In this document: positions 19,988-28,296 of the stretch, in pieces
Numbering within the stretch: the first letter of the stretch is position 1
Layout of the letters: each line of letters begins with the position of its first letter
Origin: an uncultured Candidatus Saccharibacteria bacterium
Lineage (GTDB): Bacteria; Patescibacteriota; Minisyncoccia; Phycocordibacterales; CAIZLB01
Direction of reading: 5' to 3'
Length of the DNA stretch: 64,000 bases
NCBI GenBank assembly: GCA_964627085.1
Contig: CAZVIP010000003.1
Coordinates: 19,689 to 83,688, forward strand
Notes under the pieces: generated by a model
What the model was told of the DNA's origin: nothing
What the model saw: the letters and a program-made list of their open reading frames with translations, nothing else
The model's database searches: none
Made by a program: the position numbers and the translations under genes

Positions 19988-20017
19988 AAAAAATCCCAAC
20001 ACAGGTTGGGATTTTTT
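19988..20017. terminator. Symmetric hairpin terminator (AAAAAATCCCAAC...GTTGGGATTTTTT) just 3' of tRNA-Arg
   Basis: Perfect stem with an A-run on one side and a T-run on the other. Confidence 0.6.
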
Positions 20018-20020
20018 CGC

Positions 20021-20095
20021 TGGTGCCCTCGGCAGGAATCGAACCTACAATTACCCCTTAGGACGGGGCAGTTATATCCATTTAACTACGGGGGC
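20021..20095 (-). tRNA. tRNA-Arg (CCT), CCA encoded
   Basis: Reverse complement: GCCCCCG TA GTTA AATGGATA TAAC ... anticodon loop GTCCTAA ... GTAGGTTCGATTCCTGC CGAGGGC ACCA. There is one C-A mismatch in the acceptor stem. Confidence 0.8.
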
Positions 20096-20196
20096 GAATA
20101 TAAATATTGACACCAATCAACTAAGATAATGGCAATCAAGAACAGAAATCAGGTCAAACAATATCCACAAAACAAATCTATCATACATGGGCTCAA

Positions 20197-20254
20197 ATAA
20201 AAATACCTTGTACCGAGCACATGGGTATGTACAGCAGATACAAGGTATTTTTAT
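20197..20254 (-). terminator. Terminator downstream of the FKBP gene
   Basis: 12-bp stem aaataccttgta/tacaaggtattt, with a T-run on the minus strand. Confidence 0.5.
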
Positions 20255-20269
20255 ATCTTTATATCAAAA

Positions 20270-20815
20270 TTATTTTCTTTCGATATTTACAACTTCTACA
20301 TCAAAGATGAGAGTTGCGTTTGGAGGAATAACGACTGCACCTGTTCGTGGATCAGTGATACCCTCTGCACCATAACCATCCTGCGGTGCGATAGTGAGAG
20401 TCTTCTTGTCACCAACTTTTGTGCCAAGGAGCCCCTTGTCCCAACCAGCAATTACCATGCCGGCACCGAGCTGAAATGTGAAAGGTTGGCCTCGTGGAAT
20501 AGAACTATCGAATACCTTGCCGTCAGTTAGCTTACCTGTGTAATTTACAGTGATAACATCACCGTTTTTTGCGACAAGTGCAGCAGCGCCGTTTGCCACA
20601 GCACTGTCTGCTGAATTTCCTGTATTTGTTGTATCCATATTTTGATTATTTTTTGATTCAGATAGATTATTAATATTTGAAACATTCGCTTCGTCTGACA
20701 CACTAGATGAAATCATGTCTGCCCTCTTTGCAGAAATTGTATACAGACCGATTCCGAGAAGCACCAACACCAAGATTGGTACTATATGTTTTTTATCCAT
20801 AATGATATGCAACAA
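20270..20815 (-). CDS. FKBP-type peptidyl-prolyl cis-trans isomerase, membrane-anchored or secreted
   Basis: FKBP domain present (DGKVFDSS...QPFTFQLGAGMVIAGWDKGLLGTKVGDKKTLTI...GAVVIPPNATLIFDVE). The N-terminus has a TM helix. Confidence 0.75.
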   Translation of the reverse strand: MLHIIMDKKHIVPILVLVLLGIGLYTISAKRADMISSSVSDEANVSNINNLSESKNNQNMDTTNTGNSADSAVANGAAALVAKNGDVITVNYTGKLTDGKVFDSSIPRGQPFTFQLGAGMVIAGWDKGLLGTKVGDKKTLTIAPQDGYGAEGITDPRTGAVVIPPNATLIFDVEVVNIERK

Positions 20816-20858
20816 TTATATTAATAAATGAGTAACAAAACCCACACTGTACGGATAA

Positions 20859-21131
20859 TTATTTAGATTCAGCCTCAGTATTCGCTGACGCAGAAGCTGG
20901 AGTACTTGCAAGAATACCTGCAATTGTAGATTCATCGAATCCGACAACAACCTGTCCATTGATATCAATTACAGGAACTCCCATTTGACCTGATTTTTCA
21001 ACCATTTCTTTTCGCTTCTCTAAATCTGATGCCACATTGTATTCTTCATAAGAAACATTGTGTTCGTGGAAATAATCTTTTGCCATATTGCAGTACATGC
21101 AAGATGGAGTGCTATAAATTTTTACTGTCAT
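20859..21131 (-). CDS. Glutaredoxin-like protein
   Basis: Thioredoxin-fold motif VKIYSTPSCMYCNMAK...GVPVIDING. Confidence 0.65.
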   Translation of the reverse strand: MTVKIYSTPSCMYCNMAKDYFHEHNVSYEEYNVASDLEKRKEMVEKSGQMGVPVIDINGQVVVGFDESTIAGILASTPASASANTEAESK

Positions 21132-21187
21132 AATACAGATATTATAACACCAAGATATGAAATTTTTACAAAGAAAAACTCAAATAC

Positions 21188-21991
21188 TTATTCAAGCAAC
21201 AATAAACCGGCCATGGCAACCACACCAAGCAAAATAACTATAATATGCTTTACAAAATCACTCCTATGATTCTTGCGAAGTTCAGGTATTAAATCTGCGC
21301 CAGCAATGTATAGAAAACCTCCAGCGGCCGCAGCCAAGAAATATGGCAAATAAACCTCTAGCAAGGCAGTGTGCTGATTAAGCAAGAGGACCAAAACATA
21401 ACCAACACAAGCAAATAATGCGGAGACGAAATTGAAGAAGATTGCCTTTTTCTTTGACCAACCAACATACAAAAGCAAACCCATATCACCTATTTCTTGA
21501 GGTATTTCATGTAGCACAATCGCAATTGTTGTCGCGATACCAATCTCAGTTCCAAGCACAAAGCCAAGAGCGATAATTACACCATCGAGCAAATTATGGA
21601 TACTATCAGCAACTGTCACCAAGCCCCCGATATGCTTTCCATGATCATGATCACCCTCTTCGTCCCCATGCGAATGATGCCAATGTAGGCCGTGCTCCAA
21701 TATTAAAAACAGAAAGAAACCAACTAATACCCAACCACCGACAATCGAACTGTTTACCCCCTCAGAAAATGCTTCTGGCAATAAATGTAAAAAAGCGTCA
21801 CCCATCAGCGCACCCACCGAAATACTCACAAGATATGGCAAAAACCTCTTTAACCTATCTTTTGAAAGCACAAATGTTAAAGCACCGAAAAAAGAAACCA
21901 GGCTCACGAGTAGTACAGCCATAAAACCCACAGCCATGTCACTAGCCATAAATGAACTAAAACTTTGATAGATATTTTGCATTGTATTCAT
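21188..21991 (-). CDS. zupT: ZIP-family zinc transporter
   Basis: ZIP signature HEIPQEIGD; multi-TM protein with a His-rich loop (HWHHSHGDEEGDHDHGKH). Confidence 0.8.
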   Translation of the reverse strand: MNTMQNIYQSFSSFMASDMAVGFMAVLLVSLVSFFGALTFVLSKDRLKRFLPYLVSISVGALMGDAFLHLLPEAFSEGVNSSIVGGWVLVGFFLFLILEHGLHWHHSHGDEEGDHDHGKHIGGLVTVADSIHNLLDGVIIALGFVLGTEIGIATTIAIVLHEIPQEIGDMGLLLYVGWSKKKAIFFNFVSALFACVGYVLVLLLNQHTALLEVYLPYFLAAAAGGFLYIAGADLIPELRKNHRSDFVKHIIVILLGVVAMAGLLLLE

Positions 21992-21993
21992 AA

Positions 21994-23277
21994 TTAATGT
22001 CTATGTACGTGCATGTGTGAGTGATGGATATGTACATGAGCCGTTTCATCGCCCTCATGGCCCGTTCCTGTATTCGTATGAGCAGGCAACCTACCTCTAA
22101 GCATCCAGATGGAAAGAATCGTAGTAATCGGAACCGTAAGTACAAGCCCGATACTACCTATCAATGTCCTGATTACCTCAGTAGATATATCTTCTCGATT
22201 TATTATAGCCCCAATACTTGAATTACCAGCAGTATAAAAAAGCAATAATAGAGGTAAAGAGGCCCCGACATATGCAAGTGCAAGATTATTCACAAGCGCA
22301 CCTATATGCTCTCTACCAATTCTAATTGATCGTTCAAAAATCTTTCTTATGTGTAGATGCGGAGCAGATCGTAGTAATTCTTCCACGATAATCGCCTGAC
22401 CAATAGCAATATCATAGAGTATACCCAAAAGACCGATCATTATCCCCCCTAGCAGCAATCCCCTCAAATCAATATTTCCACCCATATTAAAATTTAGATA
22501 AACAACCTCCTCAGATGATAGGCCAGTGAGTCGCAAAACATATACAGCATGCAAAGTGAGTAAGCCTGTGCAAACAACAGTTACAATCATCCCAATCACA
22601 GCAGATGATGTTGTGCGATTAAATCCATGTGTCACATATGAACCAAGGATAATAATTATCCCGGAAACAAACACAGAAAGCAGGAGCGGTGACACACCCG
22701 CCACGAGCTGTGGTAAATATAGGTAAAAAATAACAAATATACTTGCAAACAAACTTAGAAGCCCTCTCACACCTTGCATACCACCAAAAAATACCGTGAG
22801 AAAAATAAAAATAACTAAGTAGAAAACCAGCCAATTAAGGCGATAAACCTCTGTTGAGGCATATGTGATTTTCCCATCGTATGTCTTGGTGACTTGAACA
22901 TAAAACACATCACCGCTTTTAGTTTTTAGATGATCATCGAGAATAAGAATATCTTTTTCCTTGTCTGGACCCTCTAATAATCTTGCTTTCACAGTCCTAA
23001 GCACCTGTTTTGTGTCAGTCCCAGGTATTGGCAAAAGGTTTTCTGATTCAATGCTCAATACTTTTGCTTTATATACATACACCTCATCAATTCGCATCGT
23101 TGGCCCTTGAGTGTCTTGGTTGACGGATACCTGACCACCAACACCTGCTTCATTTACTTTTTCTACAGTCTTTTTTTCTCCAGTCAAAGTAAAAAAAACA
23201 TAAAGCACAGCGAATAACGCCACACATACCAGAACCCATTTTTTCCTATTTTTCGAGCCGGTGAACTGAAAACTCAT
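21994..23277 (-). CDS. YibE/F-family membrane protein with His-rich C-terminal tail
   Basis: Polytopic membrane protein. The C-terminus reads HEGDETAHVHIHHSHMHVHRH. Confidence 0.7.
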   Translation of the reverse strand: MSFQFTGSKNRKKWVLVCVALFAVLYVFFTLTGEKKTVEKVNEAGVGGQVSVNQDTQGPTMRIDEVYVYKAKVLSIESENLLPIPGTDTKQVLRTVKARLLEGPDKEKDILILDDHLKTKSGDVFYVQVTKTYDGKITYASTEVYRLNWLVFYLVIFIFLTVFFGGMQGVRGLLSLFASIFVIFYLYLPQLVAGVSPLLLSVFVSGIIIILGSYVTHGFNRTTSSAVIGMIVTVVCTGLLTLHAVYVLRLTGLSSEEVVYLNFNMGGNIDLRGLLLGGIMIGLLGILYDIAIGQAIIVEELLRSAPHLHIRKIFERSIRIGREHIGALVNNLALAYVGASLPLLLLFYTAGNSSIGAIINREDISTEVIRTLIGSIGLVLTVPITTILSIWMLRGRLPAHTNTGTGHEGDETAHVHIHHSHMHVHRH

Positions 23278-23278
23278 A

Positions 23279-23956
23279 TTATTTCTTTATTTTCTTATCA
23301 CCTAATTTCTTTGTCTTCAACAGTTTTTTTGTGTGAGCTGCATTTTTTACGCCAGCAATAATCTTTGTGCTGACTTTATTCTTTGTGCCAGTTTTCTTCA
23401 CCCCAGATTTTGTGAGTGCCGGACCAGTACAACCATTGCATGTACCGAAAAACTCAAGTGAATGACCATCTACAGATCTAAAATTTGGCACATGCGCAAT
23501 CAACTTTTCAATTGCAGATTCAATCTGTGTACTCTCAACATGTTCTGCAAAACCACAATTTTTGCACACCACATGGTGACAGCAGTGGTCATGTTCAACT
23601 GCACCGACTATTTCATAGCGAACAACACCGTCATTGAAATGGACTTCTTTTGCCAAATTAACCTTCACAAACTGGTCGACGATTCGGTAGACCGTTGCTC
23701 TGTCTGGCGATGTTTTGCCAAGTTCTTTAATTATTGATTCAACAGTGATAGGTGTTTCTGTGAGGAAAAGAGTTTCAAGGACACCGATACGACCCTGCGT
23801 ACTCTTAAGGCCTGCCGCTTTGAGAAGAGCTGACAGATCATTTGCTCCGGTGCCATGAGTGACACTATCGACACTCTTGGTTTTTGATTTCGCTGATTTT
23901 GCCGATTTCGTTGATTTTCCAGATCTAGGTGTTGTTTGTGGTGTTTTTTTGGCCAT
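23279..23956 (-). CDS. Fur-family metalloregulator (Zur-like?) with lysine-rich N- and C-terminal extensions
   Basis: The winged-helix region TQGRIGVLETL...ITVESIIKELG...ATVYRIVDQFVKVNL is followed by HDHCCHHVVCKNCG...CNGC. I placed the start at the internal ATG 23956 (MAKKTPQ...). Confidence 0.75.
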   Translation of the reverse strand: MAKKTPQTTPRSGKSTKSAKSAKSKTKSVDSVTHGTGANDLSALLKAAGLKSTQGRIGVLETLFLTETPITVESIIKELGKTSPDRATVYRIVDQFVKVNLAKEVHFNDGVVRYEIVGAVEHDHCCHHVVCKNCGFAEHVESTQIESAIEKLIAHVPNFRSVDGHSLEFFGTCNGCTGPALTKSGVKKTGTKNKVSTKIIAGVKNAAHTKKLLKTKKLGDKKIKK

Positions 23957-24405
23957 GTTTTTGGTAGTAGGATGTTGGTATATTTGGATAATTGATAGAA
24001 AAACAATACCACACTTACTCAATATCTCAAATGCGATTATGTACCAATTGCAAATGCATATCAAATGCGACAGGCTTGCATTAACTAAACCTCTATGCTA
24101 TCCTACCAAATGAAGCAAAGCCTATGCTTCACTGCACAAATCAAACTGACTCAGAGGCAGAGTCAATTCTCGGGTTAGAAAGGCCCAGAAGACATCATGA
24201 ACACCAAGTGGCCCGCATGGGCACTCAAAGGCATCAGCCTCCTCCGCCCCGGTCGGCGCACTGCACTCCAAAAGGGGTGCAATTGCCCAGCCGGGCGCTG
24301 CCGCTGCTAGCGCCTAAGGTTTCTGTGATCGACGCTCCGCTTAACCACAGCTGAGCTAGATCCAGGAATCCTGGCACGACCATGTGTCGTAGCCAAAAAT
24401 ACGCA

Positions 24406-24458
24406 GACCGTTCGCAACAGAACCCTCGTGGTTCAAACGTTGCGGACGGTCTTTTTTT
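24406..24458 (+). terminator. Strong intrinsic terminator at the end of a GC-rich noncoding island
   Basis: 13-bp stem gaccgttcgcaac/gttgcggacggtc followed by TTTTTTT. Confidence 0.65.
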
Positions 24459-24572
24459 AACTTTTCTATATTTTAATTTTACATATTTCATCGAATCCTC
24501 GCGAAATACCTCACGAGATTGAATTTAACAGTAGAATACCAAGCCGACAGCAAAATTTGCTATACTGTATAT

Positions 24573-25052
24573 ATGGAAAAAAGCGAACAACAAATCGTCC
24601 AAGGTGCGCAGAGCTTTCGAGATAAGATCGGGAGCAAGGCATTATATATAGGACTCATTCAAGCTATAGTGGCATTTTTGGGAAGTATGACATTTAGCGA
24701 CATTCTCATGTACAAGCCCTGTACACTTTGCTGGTATCAGAGAATTACCATGTTCCCTCTTGCGATATTACTCATTGTCGGAATTGTACGCAGAGACAAA
24801 GGGGTGCATACATATGTCCTCCCGCTCGCAATCATTGGATGGGTGATTTCTCTTTATCATAATTTACTGTATTACAAAATAATTCCTGACACACTCGCTC
24901 CGTGTTCACTCGGTGTATCATGCACAACAAAATATGTAGAATATTTTGGTTTTGTTACAATTCCTCTTCTTGCATTTGTAGCCTTTTCAGTCATCATTAT
25001 GGCTATGTGCGAGCATATGCGTTTTATCAAAACACAGGCAAATACGCAGTAG
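24573..25052 (+). CDS. Disulfide bond formation protein (DsbB/BdbC family)
   Basis: The KPCTLCWYQR motif typical of BdbC is present in a 4-TM protein, along with a second Cys pair (CSLGVSC). I placed the start at MEKSEQQ (24573). Confidence 0.7.
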   Translation: MEKSEQQIVQGAQSFRDKIGSKALYIGLIQAIVAFLGSMTFSDILMYKPCTLCWYQRITMFPLAILLIVGIVRRDKGVHTYVLPLAIIGWVISLYHNLLYYKIIPDTLAPCSLGVSCTTKYVEYFGFVTIPLLAFVAFSVIIMAMCEHMRFIKTQANTQ

Positions 25053-25118
25053 AATATGCAGTATAGTACGCAATCAAATTTGCAAACAGCTAACAATTAA
25101 ACATAATAAATAAATTAT

Positions 25119-25784
25119 ATGAATTCAGAAGTTAAAGTTGTATCTATCATAGTCATCCTTACTATCCTCGTCATCATTGGCGGACTATCTCTCACAAGCG
25201 GAAAATCAAATTCAAATAGCACACAAAACGATATCAAAATTGATCCGGCATTTCTCACAAGTAGCACCAGTCCAAGACAAGGGCCTGAAAATAGTAAAGT
25301 CCAAATTGTTGAATTTGCTGACTTTGCCTGCCCTGCCTGCGGTATGCTTGCACCAAACCTCAAGGCAGCCCTTGCTGACTACAAAGACTCAGTCTCATAT
25401 AGCATGCGTATTATTCCAATCCACAACAAGACATCACTCGACTCTGCTGTTGCGGCCTTCGCAGCTGGTGAACAAGGAAAGTTTTTTGAGATGGGAGATA
25501 TCTTATTTGCAAAACAAAGTGAATGGGTAGCCAAACATACACCTGACCTCTTTATCAAATATGCAACTGAACTTGGCCTCGATATCCCAAAATTTACAGC
25601 CACAATTAACTCAAAGGAGTTTATAGACAAAGTCACAGCTCAAATCACTAAAGACAATCAAGATGCAACTTCAATGCAAATCTCTTCTACCCCGACAGTT
25701 ATTGTTAATGGCAAAATCGTCATCATTGGTGTCCAAACCACAGAGACACTCAAGAAGATTGTCAAGGATGAGCTCGCGAAATAA
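25119..25784 (+). CDS. DsbA/BdbD-family thiol:disulfide oxidoreductase (membrane-anchored)
   Basis: N-terminal TM helix and the CPAC thioredoxin-fold motif (VEFADFACPACG). Confidence 0.7.
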   Translation: MNSEVKVVSIIVILTILVIIGGLSLTSGKSNSNSTQNDIKIDPAFLTSSTSPRQGPENSKVQIVEFADFACPACGMLAPNLKAALADYKDSVSYSMRIIPIHNKTSLDSAVAAFAAGEQGKFFEMGDILFAKQSEWVAKHTPDLFIKYATELGLDIPKFTATINSKEFIDKVTAQITKDNQDATSMQISSTPTVIVNGKIVIIGVQTTETLKKIVKDELAK

Positions 25785-25902
25785 TATTGCTATACTTGCA
25801 ATGTAATTATGTGTGACCGTGCCCATCAACTATTGACCCATATGCGTCAATAGTTTGGACATAGACATACATTTATTTAATTAAATAAACCGTATATATA
25901 TT

Positions 25903-26217
25903 ATGAAAAATTTCGTATCTGAATTCAAAGCATTCGTCGTTAAGGGCAATGCAGTAGAACTCGCAATTGGAGTTGTTATCGGTGCAGCATTTAATCAAGT
26001 CGTTGACTCACTTGTAAAAGATATCATCCTCGGTGCTATCGCTACATTTGCAAACCAACCTGACTTTGCATCATTCTCATATGGCGCAATCAAATGGGGA
26101 TCATTCATCAACTCACTTGTAAACATGCTCATTGTTGGTTTTGCTGTATTCATGACTATCAAGTTCTTGAACAAAATCACAAAGAAAGAGGTTGCAAAAG
26201 TAAACCCAACTGCATAG
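25903..26217 (+). CDS. mscL: Large-conductance mechanosensitive channel
   Basis: MKNFVSEFKAFVVKGNAVELAIGVVIGAAFNQVVDSLVKDIILG is a canonical MscL N-terminus. Confidence 0.85.
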   Translation: MKNFVSEFKAFVVKGNAVELAIGVVIGAAFNQVVDSLVKDIILGAIATFANQPDFASFSYGAIKWGSFINSLVNMLIVGFAVFMTIKFLNKITKKEVAKVNPTA

Positions 26218-26253
26218 TCCTCAAAAAGCTAAGTGGATTAGGTTAAATCAACA

Positions 26254-26292
26254 AAACACCCGAAGGTTTGCCTCCGGGTGTTTTTGTTTTGT
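26254..26292 (+). terminator. Intrinsic terminator after mscL
   Basis: acacccg...cgggtgt stem followed by TTTTTGTTTTG. Confidence 0.6.
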
Positions 26293-26413
26293 GCTAAGTG
26301 TGTGAAGACGGGTGAAAAAGCTTTGTAAATAAGGTTATTTTGCAACTCCCTCCTGCCTGCTTGGTCAATAATTGTTGGTATGCAATGCAAGGGTCATGAT
26401 ACATTACGTGTAT

Positions 26414-26443
26414 TTGACAATAAGGGATATAATATGTTATAAT
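26414..26443 (+). promoter_or_regulatory. Near-consensus sigma70 promoter with extended -10 (TTGACA-18-TGtTATAAT)
   Basis: TTGACA at 26414-26419 and TATAAT at 26438-26443, preceded by TG. Confidence 0.6.
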
Positions 26444-26621
26444 ATTAGCAGAAATTTCTTATACTCTTATGAGTATCTGAGTCCGTTTTCCTTCAATCTC
26501 CTATCCGCCACACGATGTGGTTTATAGGATCTTTGAGGGAAAACGGATAGCTCCTTCACAAGATACTGTTTGCTATCCAAAACAAACTGAATGAAACCGG
26601 GGCACTGCCCCACAAAACTGA

Positions 26622-28094
26622 ATGAAAACTGCTACACTGAAAGTAACACACATCGGCCGAATCACCACAGTCTCTCAAGACTTTGCATACGGCTTTATCA
26701 GCATCGCCACGGTCTCCAAGATCGACGATATCCAACACGGTCTTGCGACCACAGTGGATATCTACATCCATCAAAATGATTGCAGCTCACGACCTCTCAG
26801 GGTCGGCATGCTTGTATCATTTGATGTCACACCTGACCTAACACGGGCGGGTGCGTTCCGAGCAATCGGAGCTGTTGAGGAAATCGAGGCAGAACTCCTC
26901 CCTGAAGGCCAACAGCCGATGGAAGGATTCAACGCTCTCGCGCCCTTTGCTGGGACATCCACGCTTGCACAAGCCGATAACGGTGGCTACATCCCGCCAA
27001 CACAAGCACAGGCACCAAAGATGAAGGCTTCCGACCCGGCAACACTCGCATTGGTTAGTGCAAACAACCCGGCGCCTGGCATCCCACGGGACCACACGGT
27101 CCCGGAAAACGTTGACGAGCTTATGGTATTGTTTCTACAAAACCAATACCCCTCGCTAGTTAGTTTCGGTGCGCACTTTGGTCTGGACTCGGATGAAACT
27201 GAGTTCAATGAGCAAGTATCAGCAGCGACAGAAGAACTGAGAGGACTCGGCATGGATACCCAAGTCGGAATCCTCGAGAACGAGGCAGCTCACTTCTTGT
27301 CATTCCGCAAGGCCTTGGTCATTATGAAGCGCGAAAAACTCATCCGGAAAGACGCCATCATCCCGATGGAGTTCTTACCAGACTTCTTCGCAGCAGTTCC
27401 AGTTTGGTTCCATTTCGGAAGTGATGAGGAGCACAGGTTGGCAACTAACGGCGATCAGCGTGGGGCCTTGCTGGTTCCACCAAGAATCAGAGCATTCTGC
27501 AGCATTTTCCCCAACCAAAACTGGGTAGACATGCTATTGATGTTCAATCGCCGTCCAAGAACACACCAGATGTATGCAGGAGATCAAATCCCACTAAGCG
27601 TCCTTCGTCGTGTTCGGGAGATGCTCCCACATTTTGATCACGTGGTCATCATGACCCCTTATCACGATGTGGCAGGAAGGGATTGGCAGAGGCTTAGCAC
27701 CCTCCGTAATCCTGACCCATACATCATTGGAGTCAAGGTAGGGGTTCCATACTTCTTCATTCTCGCCAGGTTCAGCGACAGCGGGACATTCCCTGCTCAT
27801 CACGAACTAATTGCAGACACAATGAAATTCTTGGACAACAACAAGGACAAGTTGAGAGGTTTCAACTCAACACCAGGTCTCGAGTGGCTCGGATACGACC
27901 CTATCAATCCCAGCCGGACAGTAGGGGACATTTCTTCCATGAATGGCATGGGTGTTGGTCGGGCAAACTCCCTCGGTGATCATCTCATCAAAACAGCCGA
28001 AGAAGCTCTCCTTGCTTTCGAGCAAGGAAAACTCTTCGATTGGCTCCGGGGAGCAAAGCTTGAACCAGTGACTGAAACAGCTTCGGCAAAATAA
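26622..28094 (+). CDS. Hypothetical 490-aa protein: cold-shock-domain-like N-terminus fused to a large domain of unknown function
   Basis: The N-terminus (LKVTHIGRITTVSQDFAYGFISI...TVDIYIHQNDC...VGMLVSFDV) follows the CspA pattern (KGxVKWFNxxKGFGFI...VFVHxSAI...VxFxV). The gene is GC-rich, with its own promoter, long leader and terminator. Confidence 0.6.
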   Translation: MKTATLKVTHIGRITTVSQDFAYGFISIATVSKIDDIQHGLATTVDIYIHQNDCSSRPLRVGMLVSFDVTPDLTRAGAFRAIGAVEEIEAELLPEGQQPMEGFNALAPFAGTSTLAQADNGGYIPPTQAQAPKMKASDPATLALVSANNPAPGIPRDHTVPENVDELMVLFLQNQYPSLVSFGAHFGLDSDETEFNEQVSAATEELRGLGMDTQVGILENEAAHFLSFRKALVIMKREKLIRKDAIIPMEFLPDFFAAVPVWFHFGSDEEHRLATNGDQRGALLVPPRIRAFCSIFPNQNWVDMLLMFNRRPRTHQMYAGDQIPLSVLRRVREMLPHFDHVVIMTPYHDVAGRDWQRLSTLRNPDPYIIGVKVGVPYFFILARFSDSGTFPAHHELIADTMKFLDNNKDKLRGFNSTPGLEWLGYDPINPSRTVGDISSMNGMGVGRANSLGDHLIKTAEEALLAFEQGKLFDWLRGAKLEPVTETASAK

Positions 28095-28185
28095 GTCCTG
28101 GCGAGGGCCGTCTCGAGATGCAGACAGTATCAATACGAAAGGTGAGTAGACTCACACGCATGAGATGAGCGTTCAACATATTCTC

Positions 28186-28220
28186 AGCCTCAGACCATTC
28201 CGGTCTGAGGCTTTTCTATT
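28186..28220 (+). terminator. Intrinsic terminator (agcctcagacc/ggtctgaggct + TTTCTATT)
   Basis: 11-bp stem directly after the 26622..28094 gene. Confidence 0.65.
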
Positions 28221-28296
28221 GCATAGGTTTTATGTATCGAAAAAGAGAAATAATCTGTGAGAAAATTTTACCTGTGCTCAAGCCAGAACTTCAAGA

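Noticed and set aside
19650-19990. tmRNA (ssrA) hypothesis for the GC-rich island next to tRNA-Arg
   Set aside because: Neither strand shows the GGGG...TTCGAC 5' tRNA-like start, a 3' T-arm followed by an acceptor stem and ACCA, or a tag ORF ending in hydrophobic residues plus a stop codon.
19642-20061. 139-aa + strand ORF across the GC-rich island
   Set aside because: It runs through tRNA-Arg on the opposite strand and reads as low-complexity nonsense (RSARYTQPFRFLHAK...). I treat it as a spurious ORF in noncoding GC-rich DNA.
24100-24400. SRP (4.5S) RNA and standard tmRNA hypotheses for the second GC-rich island
   Set aside because: No GGAAGGAAGCAGC-type domain IV motif. No complementary acceptor termini ending in ACCA.
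24124-24491. Overlapping small ORFs (76 and 85 aa) in the second GC-rich island
   Set aside because: Pro/Arg/Gly-rich translations typical of GC-rich noncoding DNA. They are mutually antisense.
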